From: Acidimicrobiales bacterium
GTDB taxonomy: Bacteria; Actinomycetota; Acidimicrobiia; Acidimicrobiales; Acidimicrobilacustridaceae
Direction: 5' to 3'
Length of the DNA: 64,000 bases
Assembly: GCA_044339605.1 (NCBI GenBank)
Contig: JBIIVE010000001.1
Coordinates: 12,582-76,581 of the forward strand
Shown: positions 49,258 to 57,458 of the stretch, piece by piece
Layout: the number at the start of each line of letters is the position of its first letter
Numbering within the stretch: position 1 is the stretch's first letter
The notes under the pieces: model-generated
Told to the model about the DNA's origin: nothing
Databases searched by the model: none
The model's input: the letters and a program-made list of their open reading frames with translations, nothing else
Made by a program: the position numbers and the translations under genes

Positions 49258-49286
49258 ACGCTACCGCTCTCGCCGGTCCGTGTCGA
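49258..49286 (-). promoter_or_regulatory. csp promoter
   Basis: TCGACA-17 nt-TAGCGT, giving a 5' UTR of roughly 58 nt. Confidence 0.6.
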
Positions 49287-49344
49287 CGAAAAGTTGTGGG
49301 GACGCGAAAAGTTCATCTCGAGCCAGCGAGCGAACGAGATCGGA

Positions 49345-49512
49345 TCAGGATTCGGGATGGGCCAGGGCGAAGTCTTCAGTCCCGGCATAGTTGACGTCGA
49401 CCTCGTCTCCGACGCTCCAGCCCAACACGCCCGCCACGATCGACATGGTCATGAGAAACCCGACAGGGATTGCGATCAGGAGCACGAGGATGATGATGAC
49501 GACACCAGGCAT
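49345..49512 (-). CDS. Small membrane protein (55 aa)
   Basis: MPGVVIIILVLLIAIPVGFLMTMSIVAGVLGW…; TAAGGT-7 nt-ATG. Confidence 0.65.
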   Translation of the reverse strand: MPGVVIIILVLLIAIPVGFLMTMSIVAGVLGWSVGDEVDVNYAGTEDFALAHPES

Positions 49513-49522
49513 GGGCGAAACC

Positions 49523-49879
49523 TTACTTCTCGGCGGGCGACCAGGCCCACGCTTCAATCTCGACCAAGGCCACACGAGGCAGCTCGACCACTGCGAAGGC
49601 GCTGCGTGCCGGCCGATGATCACCAAATGCCGCCATGTAGGCCTCGTTCATGAGGTCGAAATCGCGCATATGGCGAAGAAAGACGGTGGTCTTCACGACG
49701 TCGGCAAGCGAGGCGCCTTCGCTTTCAAGGAGCGCCGCCATGTTCGTCAGAGCCTGCGTGGTCTCGTGCGTCACGCCACCCACGATCATTTCTCCGTTGA
49801 CCAATCCGAGTTGACCGGAGATCACGAGGAAGTCGCCGGCACGAACGATGGGTGTGTACGGACCAATAGGAGTGCTCAT
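49523..49879 (-). CDS. RidA/YjgF family protein
   Basis: PIGPYT, SGQLG, VKTTVFL, PARS, VEIEA. Confidence 0.93.
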   Translation of the reverse strand: MSTPIGPYTPIVRAGDFLVISGQLGLVNGEMIVGGVTHETTQALTNMAALLESEGASLADVVKTTVFLRHMRDFDLMNEAYMAAFGDHRPARSAFAVVELPRVALVEIEAWAWSPAEK

Positions 49880-49883
49880 GAAC

Positions 49884-51527
49884 TCACTGTGTCACACGTT
49901 CGTCGCCGAGAACACTGCGACCGGTCGGCCAATCGGTCGGCCAACCTTGAGCCGACCACACCGCTGCTGCTGCTGCGGCAAAGACCGCATCAGAGCCATT
50001 GACCGGTTCGCTGTCTTCCTCGTGCAACGTCACCTCAACATGCGGCATGTCAGTGGAACGAAGGACGCCAAAGGAACGAATCGTCAGATCGCTAATCGTT
50101 CCGTCCTCGGCAACCGACAGACCCTCGCTTGTTACCCAACCGAGTGCCATATGAACCGCACCGATTGCATAAGAGCGAAGAACGATCGCGTCGAGCAAAC
50201 GACCGCAGCGAAGATCAACACGAATGCCACCATCGAGACCAATCGCAACGGTGGCGACTGCACCCTCTGCACTTGTCACTGATGCGACATGCGCTTCGCC
50301 ATCGATGGCTTGTGCATTCTTCTTTGCATCAAGCGCAGCAAGAAGAAGCTGCGCTTCGACAACGCCGGCGCCGCGGATATCGACCGAGGTTGGTGGTCCA
50401 ACGACATCGACTTCCTCAACAACCAATCGCGGGGCGACGCGCGCGATTACTTCTGCAATCCCGTCGGTGCGGACAACCCGAATCACGCCTGAACCATCAG
50501 GGCGAATACCAGCAGCAATCGGCGGACGCTTTGGTCCAGTTCGCACAACGTCCTCGCGAGACAACACCACACGAACCGCTTGTCGATGTTCATACGCAAG
50601 TTCACGAGCAACGCGACCGACATCGGTCGTCAACTTGCCTCCGAATGCACCGCCGTTCGCGAGCGACGTAAACGGCTCGCCACCAGGTTCACACCACGAC
50701 GCGTCGGTCTCGAGATAGGCCGGCTCGACCCAACCAGTTCGCAGCGTCAGTTCCCAATCGCCTTCAGGGAGCTCAAGCGGCGGCTCTGGCGATGTCGTTC
50801 CGTGTCGCCCTTGCACCTTGCCCGCCAACGCGCGGGCTTCAGGCAATGAACCAGCGACAACCCATCCACCTTCACCATTGGGAATGGCAACGAGTGCATC
50901 GGACGGCGCAGTGTCTTCGGAGAACCCACCACGACCAAGCACAACCTCTGCAGAAACCTGCTGTGTTGATCGACCTTCGATAGTTGCCCGGCGAGACGCA
51001 GCGTCGAAATTCCGATTTCCACCTCGTGCATGTTCCACGGCAGACGAACCGCTCACGACCATCGACCATGCTTCGCGAATCGTTTGCCAGCCGGTGCATC
51101 GACACAGATGCGCAGCCAAGGCGCGATCGACTGCATCGAGATCGTCGGCCGCAGTGTTTTTCGAACGTAAGCCTTCAAGTCGACACACAATGCCTGGGGT
51201 GCAGAAACCACACTGACTTCCGCCCGTTGCCAACAGCGCATCGGACCAGCGCTCGCGGTCTTCTTCGGCCAATCCATCAACGGTCGTGATCACACGGCCA
51301 GCGATACGGCGAACTGGCGTGACACATGCGACTCGCGGTGCGCCATCGACCAACACGGTGCAGCAACCACACTGACCCTGCGGACTGCATCCCGCTTTTG
51401 GCGCCCGATTTCCGAGCCGACCGCGCAATGCCGCCAACAACGACACGCCGTTGTCGGGAACGCTCACCTGTTCGCCATCGACGGCGAACGTGATCTGCGC
51501 TGGTTCCGCTGGAGAGGAATCGGTCAT
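49884..51527 (-). CDS. Fused 2x[2Fe-2S] + shortened molybdopterin-binding protein (xanthine/aldehyde oxidoreductase superfamily)
   Basis: GCSPQGQCGCC…C, QCGFCTPG…CRCTG; GGAFGGK; IRGAG; only 547 aa. Confidence 0.8.
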   Translation of the reverse strand: MTDSSPAEPAQITFAVDGEQVSVPDNGVSLLAALRGRLGNRAPKAGCSPQGQCGCCTVLVDGAPRVACVTPVRRIAGRVITTVDGLAEEDRERWSDALLATGGSQCGFCTPGIVCRLEGLRSKNTAADDLDAVDRALAAHLCRCTGWQTIREAWSMVVSGSSAVEHARGGNRNFDAASRRATIEGRSTQQVSAEVVLGRGGFSEDTAPSDALVAIPNGEGGWVVAGSLPEARALAGKVQGRHGTTSPEPPLELPEGDWELTLRTGWVEPAYLETDASWCEPGGEPFTSLANGGAFGGKLTTDVGRVARELAYEHRQAVRVVLSREDVVRTGPKRPPIAAGIRPDGSGVIRVVRTDGIAEVIARVAPRLVVEEVDVVGPPTSVDIRGAGVVEAQLLLAALDAKKNAQAIDGEAHVASVTSAEGAVATVAIGLDGGIRVDLRCGRLLDAIVLRSYAIGAVHMALGWVTSEGLSVAEDGTISDLTIRSFGVLRSTDMPHVEVTLHEEDSEPVNGSDAVFAAAAAAVWSAQGWPTDWPTGRSVLGDERVTQ

Positions 51528-51568
51528 GCCACCACGGTCAGGTCGAGAAAGAAGAGGGCGCTACGCGA

Positions 51569-51594
51569 CGACGACCGCCCGAAGGCGGTCGTCG
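51569..51594 (-). terminator. Hairpin after erpA
   Basis: CGACGACCGCC-CGAA-GGCGGTCGTCG. Confidence 0.7.
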
Positions 51595-51614
51595 ATCAGA
51601 AAGTGAAGGAAAGA

Positions 51615-51935
51615 TCAGCTGAACGAGTTACCGCAACCGCAGGTCTTCTGCGCGTTGGGGTTGTCGATCGCGAAGCCCGCACCCTGAAGGCCATCCTTGT
51701 AATCAAGGGTGGCGCCAGTGAGGAGCTGAGCGCTTGAAGGATCGACCACGACCGGAACACCGAACTCGGTGTTCACGACGTCTTCTGAATCCTTTTCAGA
51801 GTCAAAGAACATTTCGTAGGAGAAGCCACTGCAGCCGCCGGGGCGCACTGCAACGCGGAGCATGAGATCTCCCTGGCCCTCTTGGGCGATGAGTTCGGCG
51901 ACCTTTGAAGATGCGGTTTCGGTGAGCGTGATCAC
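51615..51935 (-). CDS. erpA: A-type Fe-S carrier (IscA/ErpA/HesB)
   Basis: GGCSGFSY, LDY, NPNAQKTCGCGNSF; RBS GGAGGA. Confidence 0.93.
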   Translation of the reverse strand: MITLTETASSKVAELIAQEGQGDLMLRVAVRPGGCSGFSYEMFFDSEKDSEDVVNTEFGVPVVVDPSSAQLLTGATLDYKDGLQGAGFAIDNPNAQKTCGCGNSFS

Positions 51936-52042
51936 TGTTGTCCTCCGTGATTCAGCGGTGTATCGCAAAAGGGTAGCGGAATCATCGCCAAGATCACACG
52001 TTTGGGCGGGGAGAGCTCCCTCCTCGCCGGTAGATTTCCCGT

Positions 52043-53215
52043 ATGGAAGCCCTTCCCACCAGCGACGAGATCCTCGCTGCACTCCGAGGTGTGGTCGATC
52101 CCGAGCTCGGGGCCGACATCGTGGAACTGGGAATGGCCCGCTCCGCAACCGTTTCCGAAGCCGGCGCTGCGGTCGTCGTGGTGGCTCTGACCACCGCTGG
52201 CTGCCCGCTGAAGGCCCAACTGAAGCGAGAGATCCTCACCCGCATCGAGGGCCTCCCCGGCGTGACCTCGGCCTCCATCGATTGGGTCGAGATGGATGCC
52301 GAGCAAAAAGCCGCGGCCATGGACGTCGCTCGCAAGCACGCCCAATCCACCGCCGGCCCCAACCGAGTTCCACCGGGTGCCCGAGTGCTCGCCATTGCCT
52401 CAGGCAAGGGGGGCGTCGGAAAGTCCTCAGTTACCGCCAACCTTGCGGCAGCCCTGGCCAATCGCGGTTTCGCCGTTGGTGTCATCGACGCCGACATCTG
52501 GGGTTTCTCGATTCCGCGCATGCTCGGCATTGAAGGCCGACTTGAAGCAACAACTGGCCCGAACGAAGAACGCACGATCATCCCGAAGTCGATTCCCATC
52601 GGCACCGGCCGACTCGATGTCGTGTCCATGGGATTACTCGTCGATGACGAAACCGATGCACTCATGTGGCGCGGACTCATTTTGAATCGCGCCGTGCAGC
52701 ACTTCCTCGAAGACGTCTCGTGGGCGAACGATCTCGATTACATCGTCATCGACCTTCCACCCGGCACCGGCGATGTCCAAATGGGCCTTGCGCGCATGCT
52801 TCCGCAAGCGGAAATGATTGTGGTCACGACACCCGCAGTTGGCGCGCAACGTGTCGCGACTCGTGCAGTCACCATGGCCCGAAAGAGTCACCTCCATGTT
52901 CTCGGCGTCATCGAAAACATGAGCGCATTCACCTGCGAACACGGTCATACGCACGCCGTGTTCGGTGAGGGCGGCGGTGCAACGCTTGCTGCCGATGAAG
53001 GTTTGCCATTGCTGGGATGCATTCCACTTGAACCAGCTGTTTCTCACGGCGGCGACACCGGTGCACCAATCGTGCTCAGCGAAGGCGAAGCATCCTCCGC
53101 ACTTCGAGCAATTACCGAACTGCTTGTGACTGAACTCGCTCCGCCCATTTCAATGAGTGGTTGTTCCGCACGCATGCTCGACGCCGCCTTAGCTGCGCTC
53201 GACGCAGCTGACTAA
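52043..53215 (+). CDS. mrp: Mrp/NBP35 Fe-S carrier ATPase with N-terminal DUF59
   Basis: DPELG, SGKGGVGKS, DLPPGTGD, ENMS…C. Confidence 0.93.
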   Translation: MEALPTSDEILAALRGVVDPELGADIVELGMARSATVSEAGAAVVVVALTTAGCPLKAQLKREILTRIEGLPGVTSASIDWVEMDAEQKAAAMDVARKHAQSTAGPNRVPPGARVLAIASGKGGVGKSSVTANLAAALANRGFAVGVIDADIWGFSIPRMLGIEGRLEATTGPNEERTIIPKSIPIGTGRLDVVSMGLLVDDETDALMWRGLILNRAVQHFLEDVSWANDLDYIVIDLPPGTGDVQMGLARMLPQAEMIVVTTPAVGAQRVATRAVTMARKSHLHVLGVIENMSAFTCEHGHTHAVFGEGGGATLAADEGLPLLGCIPLEPAVSHGGDTGAPIVLSEGEASSALRAITELLVTELAPPISMSGCSARMLDAALAALDAAD

Positions 53216-53231
53216 CTCGCAGTGCGACGAC

Positions 53232-54077
53232 TCACCCGCGAGGTGTCACCCGCGCGGTGACGTATACCGATTCCCCATCGGTTGACCACAACGCAATATT
53301 GAGAACACCATCAGTCGCTCGATACGCGATCGTCAATGGCATCGATGCAACAACAACCTCGTAATCAATCGCATCGCGAAATTCCACTTCAGCGCGCAAC
53401 GAACCCGACGGATCAAGTTCAAGAAGTTCACGCGCACGCACCCGCTCGAGGGTTTGCTCAACGACTTCCCATGCCACTGCGTTGTTCACATGATTCAGCA
53501 CATCGAGATCGGTGACACGCGGCCACCACGGCATCGTGTGTACGTCGTCATCGCCCGGAACAACTGGTTCGTGCACTTGGCGGGCAGTGACCTCGCGCCC
53601 ACCCGAAGGTTCGGTGTAGGTCGCAACGAACTCTGCGGGCAATGTCTTCGGCCGACCGGTTACTGGGTCGAGGTGCACCCACAACGTCACGGCTTCTACC
53701 GAGCCGCCACCCGCTCCAGCCATCGACACGCGCCGTTCGGCCCAGCGATTGCCCATCCCCGAACAGAACGTGGCCAGCGAAAGGTCTTCGCTGTTGCGCG
53801 GGGCCTGATGCTGTTCGATCAACGTGCGACGAACCACCCAGGCCCGGGCCTCGAGGCTCCCGAGATCATCGGAATCATCAGTGGCGACGTCTTGCAGATA
53901 GCGGGCCACGGCATCGAGGCGAAGGCGGCCGGTGGCGTCGACATCGCCCAAACGCACCCGGCGCTCGCGTCGGAAAACTCGACCCAAACTCGGAATGGGC
54001 AGCACCCGACTTGCGCCGTTTTCACGCTCGACTCGCCGGGTCGAACCCTTTGCCGCCCCCGAATCCGCGTCTCCCAT
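53232..54077 (-). CDS. Acyl-ACP thioesterase (double hotdog)
   Basis: DVDATGRLRL, WVVRR, DLDVLNHVNNAVAW. Confidence 0.85.
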   Translation of the reverse strand: MGDADSGAAKGSTRRVERENGASRVLPIPSLGRVFRRERRVRLGDVDATGRLRLDAVARYLQDVATDDSDDLGSLEARAWVVRRTLIEQHQAPRNSEDLSLATFCSGMGNRWAERRVSMAGAGGGSVEAVTLWVHLDPVTGRPKTLPAEFVATYTEPSGGREVTARQVHEPVVPGDDDVHTMPWWPRVTDLDVLNHVNNAVAWEVVEQTLERVRARELLELDPSGSLRAEVEFRDAIDYEVVVASMPLTIAYRATDGVLNIALWSTDGESVYVTARVTPRG

Positions 54078-54132
54078 GACCAGCGACGCTAGCCCCCGAT
54101 CCCTTGGCAGGAACGGGAACAGACCAATCTCC

Positions 54133-54172
54133 AATAATTCAGTTGACGGGGCCACCACATGCATGGTTCGGT
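54133..54172 (+). promoter_or_regulatory. Putative WhiB7-activated promoter
   Basis: AT-rich AATAATT ends 3 nt before TTGACG; weak -10 (TTCGGT) 18 nt later, 7 nt before the uORF ATG. Confidence 0.5.
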
Positions 54173-54179
54173 GGAGTTC

Positions 54180-54344
54180 ATGTTCACGACCGCCTCCGCA
54201 CCGCGCAATTCGGCCATTCCGGCCTCTGTCGCGCCTGTGGCATCGCGCGCCAACGTGACCATTTCCGCCACTTGGTATGCCACCGGGATCAACGCTTTTA
54301 CGACCTTCGGTCATAAGCACCCGTCCCGGCGATCTCTGAGCTGA
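54180..54344 (+). CDS. whiB7 leader peptide (uORF, 54 aa)
   Basis: MFTTASAPRN…RRSLS; its stop lies 27 nt before the terminator. Confidence 0.7.
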   Translation: MFTTASAPRNSAIPASVAPVASRANVTISATWYATGINAFTTFGHKHPSRRSLS

Positions 54345-54371
54345 CGCAGTAACCACTGCGTACATGCACTG

Positions 54372-54402
54372 AGGCCGCCGGGTTCCCCCGGCGGCCTTTC
54401 TT
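54372..54402 (+). terminator. Attenuator terminator in the whiB7 leader
   Basis: AGGCCGCCGGG-TTCC-CCCGGCGGCCT-TTCTT. Confidence 0.85.
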
Positions 54403-54518
54403 CATGTGCGGCCACGCCCCCATCCACCTACACCTGTCCACCAACGCCTGTCCCTCAACCCCCACCACCCATTTTCAGCTCATCTGCACTCCGGTGCACC
54501 CACGAAAGGAAAGAACCG

Positions 54519-54863
54519 ATGCTCGCCGAGACGCTCGACGACATCTCACCGGCCGTCAGGGCCGACGCCGCATGCAACGACCTCAACGCAACGTTGACCG
54601 GCGTCTACTTCTCTGAAGAGCTCCAGGACATCGCCATGGCCAAGTCGATCTGTTCGACCTGTCCGGTGATCGTCGAATGTCTCGAAGGGGCCATTGAGCG
54701 CCACGAGCCATGGGGCGTGTGGGGTGGACAAATGTTCATCAACGGAAAGATCCTCGCCACCAAGCGTCGCCGCGGCCGCCCGCCGAAGCTCGCTCGAGTC
54801 GAGGATGAGCTGCCCGACATCCCCGTGCCGGTGCACCTTCAGTCCTGGTTGCGCTCCGCCTAG
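54519..54863 (+). CDS. whiB7: WhiB7/WblC transcription factor
   Basis: Four Cys (C…CSTC…C), EPWGVWGG, AT-hook KRRRGRPPK. Confidence 0.92.
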   Translation: MLAETLDDISPAVRADAACNDLNATLTGVYFSEELQDIAMAKSICSTCPVIVECLEGAIERHEPWGVWGGQMFINGKILATKRRRGRPPKLARVEDELPDIPVPVHLQSWLRSA

Positions 54864-54876
54864 CAACCACCTGCCC

Positions 54877-54921
54877 GCAGCCGGGTGGGATCGCCGCCCC
54901 CGAGCCGATCCCACCTGCTGC
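54877..54921 (+). terminator. Hairpin after whiB7
   Basis: GGTGGGATCG/CGATCCCACC plus outer GCAGC/GCTGC, with a C-rich loop; no U-tract. Confidence 0.5.
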
Positions 54922-55028
54922 CTCGGACAGTCGGACCTGTCACCGAACCGGCCTCTAGCCGAGAGGTGATTGGGAGTGGTGCGGGGGTCCAAGTACGGTC
55001 GGAACTGCCTCTCGCAGTCGGATCTCAT

Positions 55029-55643
55029 ATGGACCCCGCACCGCTTCCTCCCCAACCCCGATCGGCCGTGCGCCGTTATCTCCCGCTGACTGTGGCGGGA
55101 CTGATTGTCGTGGGTTTCGCAATTGCGCTCATCATCTCGATCTCGGGCAGTTCATCGACAACATCGTCCGATGTCACCAAGCTCGACCCCAATGCCACGC
55201 AACCGCCTGAGCTCGTCATCACGAACGACGTGGCCGGCACCAGGTTGCCGAACATCTCCTACGTCGCCTTCGATGGTTCAACCAAAGAACTCGCACCGAA
55301 TGACAAACCACTGCTCATCAATGTGTGGTCCTCGACCTGCGTACCTTGCATAACGGAAATGCCAGCGCTCGAAAAGGTGTGGCAAGCCAACCGCAACGAC
55401 ATCGATGTTCTTGGTCTTGATTATCTGGAACCTCCCGAACTCGGACAAGCAATGGCAGATCGCACAGGTGTTACCTATCTGCTTGGTCGCGATGTCAAAG
55501 GTTCGATTCTGCGCTCACTCGGTGGAATCGGACTTCCCTACACCGTCCTCGTGGCGTCAAACGGAACCATTCTCGCTACACACTCTGGCGCGCTCACCGA
55601 AGCACAGTTCACCGCACTTGTGAAGACCGCAACCGGTAACTGA
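55029..55643 (+). CDS. TlpA/ResA-like membrane thioredoxin
   Basis: TM anchor, WSSTCVPC, EMPAL, GLPYT. Confidence 0.88.
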   Translation: MDPAPLPPQPRSAVRRYLPLTVAGLIVVGFAIALIISISGSSSTTSSDVTKLDPNATQPPELVITNDVAGTRLPNISYVAFDGSTKELAPNDKPLLINVWSSTCVPCITEMPALEKVWQANRNDIDVLGLDYLEPPELGQAMADRTGVTYLLGRDVKGSILRSLGGIGLPYTVLVASNGTILATHSGALTEAQFTALVKTATGN

Positions 55644-55644
55644 T

Positions 55645-56505
55645 ATGAACTCGGCAATTGTTTACGCGTTTGGTGTTGGCATGGTCGCAACGTTCAACCC
55701 GTGTGGCTTCGCGATGTTGCCGGCGTACTTGTCGTATTTCTTAGGGCTTGAGAACGCGAGGGAAACCGACAACCGAGCCGACGCCACGGTTTTGCGTGCA
55801 CTCGCAGTTGGTGCCGCAATGACGGCTGGCTTTGTTGTTGTCTTCGGCGTTCTCGGACTCGTTCTTGATCCGATTCTTTCTTCCATTATCGACAAGTTGC
55901 CGTGGCTCACCATCGTGCTGGGCATTGTCTTGGTGATCCTCGGTATTCGCTTACTCATGGGTCGAGAAATCACTGTGGGTTTGCCGAAGATTTCAAAGAG
56001 TCCCGAAGGGCGAGAGCTCGGATCGGTTTTCGTGTTCGGCATTTCCTATGCGCTCGTATCGCTGAGCTGCACGTTGTCGTTGTTCATCGCTGCGATCTCG
56101 ACCGTCATCGACCAACAGAACTTCTTCGTAGGCCTCGGCGCATTCATTGCCTATGCGCTTGGCATGGGGCTCGTATTGATCGTGCTCACACTTGCCATCG
56201 CACTCGCACGCCAAGGCATCGTGAAGAAGATGCGCGGTGTCCTGCCGCACATCAATCGCATTTCGGGCGTACTTCTCGTGCTTGCCGGTCTCTACGTGGC
56301 CTATTACGGCTGGTACGAACTGCGCGTGTTGAACGGCAACACCTCAGGCGGCGGCATCGCCGGTTGGATGTTCGATCTCAACGGCCACATCACCCAATGG
56401 ATCAACGATGTTGGCCCAACCCGCATCGGGCTCATCCTTGGACTCGTCATCGCGATCATCGTGTTCATTGCGTTGCTCAGTAAGGCACGGACCGACGACA
56501 AGTAG
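55645..56505 (+). CDS. ccdA: CcdA/DsbD-TM cytochrome c biogenesis protein
   Basis: NPCGFAMLPAY, LSCT, YALGM. Confidence 0.88.
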   Translation: MNSAIVYAFGVGMVATFNPCGFAMLPAYLSYFLGLENARETDNRADATVLRALAVGAAMTAGFVVVFGVLGLVLDPILSSIIDKLPWLTIVLGIVLVILGIRLLMGREITVGLPKISKSPEGRELGSVFVFGISYALVSLSCTLSLFIAAISTVIDQQNFFVGLGAFIAYALGMGLVLIVLTLAIALARQGIVKKMRGVLPHINRISGVLLVLAGLYVAYYGWYELRVLNGNTSGGGIAGWMFDLNGHITQWINDVGPTRIGLILGLVIAIIVFIALLSKARTDDK

Positions 56506-56514
56506 CCTCGGGGT

Positions 56515-57447
56515 ATGGAACTCCGAATCTTTGTTGAACCCCAGCAGGGCGCTTCGTATCGCCAACAACTCGCCGTCGCGCAACTCGCCGAACAACTCGG
56601 TTTCGACGCCTTCTTCCGTTCCGATCATTACCTGCGCATGGGAGCCGGGGATCCACTTCCTGGCCCCACCGATTCCTGGGTCACCCTCGGTGCCATCGCA
56701 CGCGAGACCAGCACGATTCGTCTTGGCACACTCGTCGCTTCGGCAACATTCCGTTTGCCGGGACAGCTCGCGGTGGCGGTTGCACAAATCGACGACATGA
56801 GTGACGGGCGCATCGAACTTGGTCTCGGCGCTGGTTGGTTCGATGCCGAACACACCGCCTACGGCATTCCGTTCCCCACTCTTGGTCAGCGCTTCGACAT
56901 TCTCGAAGAGCAGCTCGAAATCATCACAGGTATGTGGAACACACCGATCGATTCTCAGTACTCGTTCGAAGGGCAACACCACACCATCGTTGGTTCGCCT
57001 GCGATTCCTAAGCCGGTTCAGGCTGGTGGCCCGCCGATCATCATGGGCGGCTACGGCCCCAAGCGCACACCTGCATTGGCTGCGAAATACGCCAGCGAAT
57101 TCAACCTTCCGTTCCCGCCAGTCGAGATTTATCGCGCGTCATGCGACAACGTGCGCGCCGCGTGCGAAGCGCGTGGTCGTGATCCGGAGTCGATGATCTA
57201 TTCGGTCGCGCAGGTGCTGTGCGTAGGCACGAACGACGCTGAGGTCGCTCGTCGTGCCCAGAACATCGGCCGTGAGGTTGATGAACTCATCCTTAATGGT
57301 GCCGCTGGTTCACCCGCGCAGGTGCTCGACAAGATCGCGTCGTTCGCTGAAGCCGGTGCAACGCGCATGTATCTTCAGGTGCTCGACATGGACGACCTCG
57401 ACCACATTCATTTGTTGGCCGAAGAAGTGATGAAGGTTCTTCCCTAA
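56515..57447 (+). CDS. LLM-class, probably F420-dependent, oxidoreductase
   Basis: FFRSDHY, GRIELGLGAGW, luciferase-like fold. Confidence 0.9.
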   Translation: MELRIFVEPQQGASYRQQLAVAQLAEQLGFDAFFRSDHYLRMGAGDPLPGPTDSWVTLGAIARETSTIRLGTLVASATFRLPGQLAVAVAQIDDMSDGRIELGLGAGWFDAEHTAYGIPFPTLGQRFDILEEQLEIITGMWNTPIDSQYSFEGQHHTIVGSPAIPKPVQAGGPPIIMGGYGPKRTPALAAKYASEFNLPFPPVEIYRASCDNVRAACEARGRDPESMIYSVAQVLCVGTNDAEVARRAQNIGREVDELILNGAAGSPAQVLDKIASFAEAGATRMYLQVLDMDDLDHIHLLAEEVMKVLP

Positions 57448-57458
57448 CAGTTACACCT

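Noticed and set aside
54089-54292. 67-aa minus-strand ORF upstream of the thioesterase
   Set aside because: Antisense to the whiB7 uORF; the thioesterase has its own TAGCGT -10 downstream of it
54877-55020. Possible 6C-like sRNA after whiB7
   Set aside because: Only one C-rich-loop hairpin; 6C RNA needs two. Treated as a terminator-like stem
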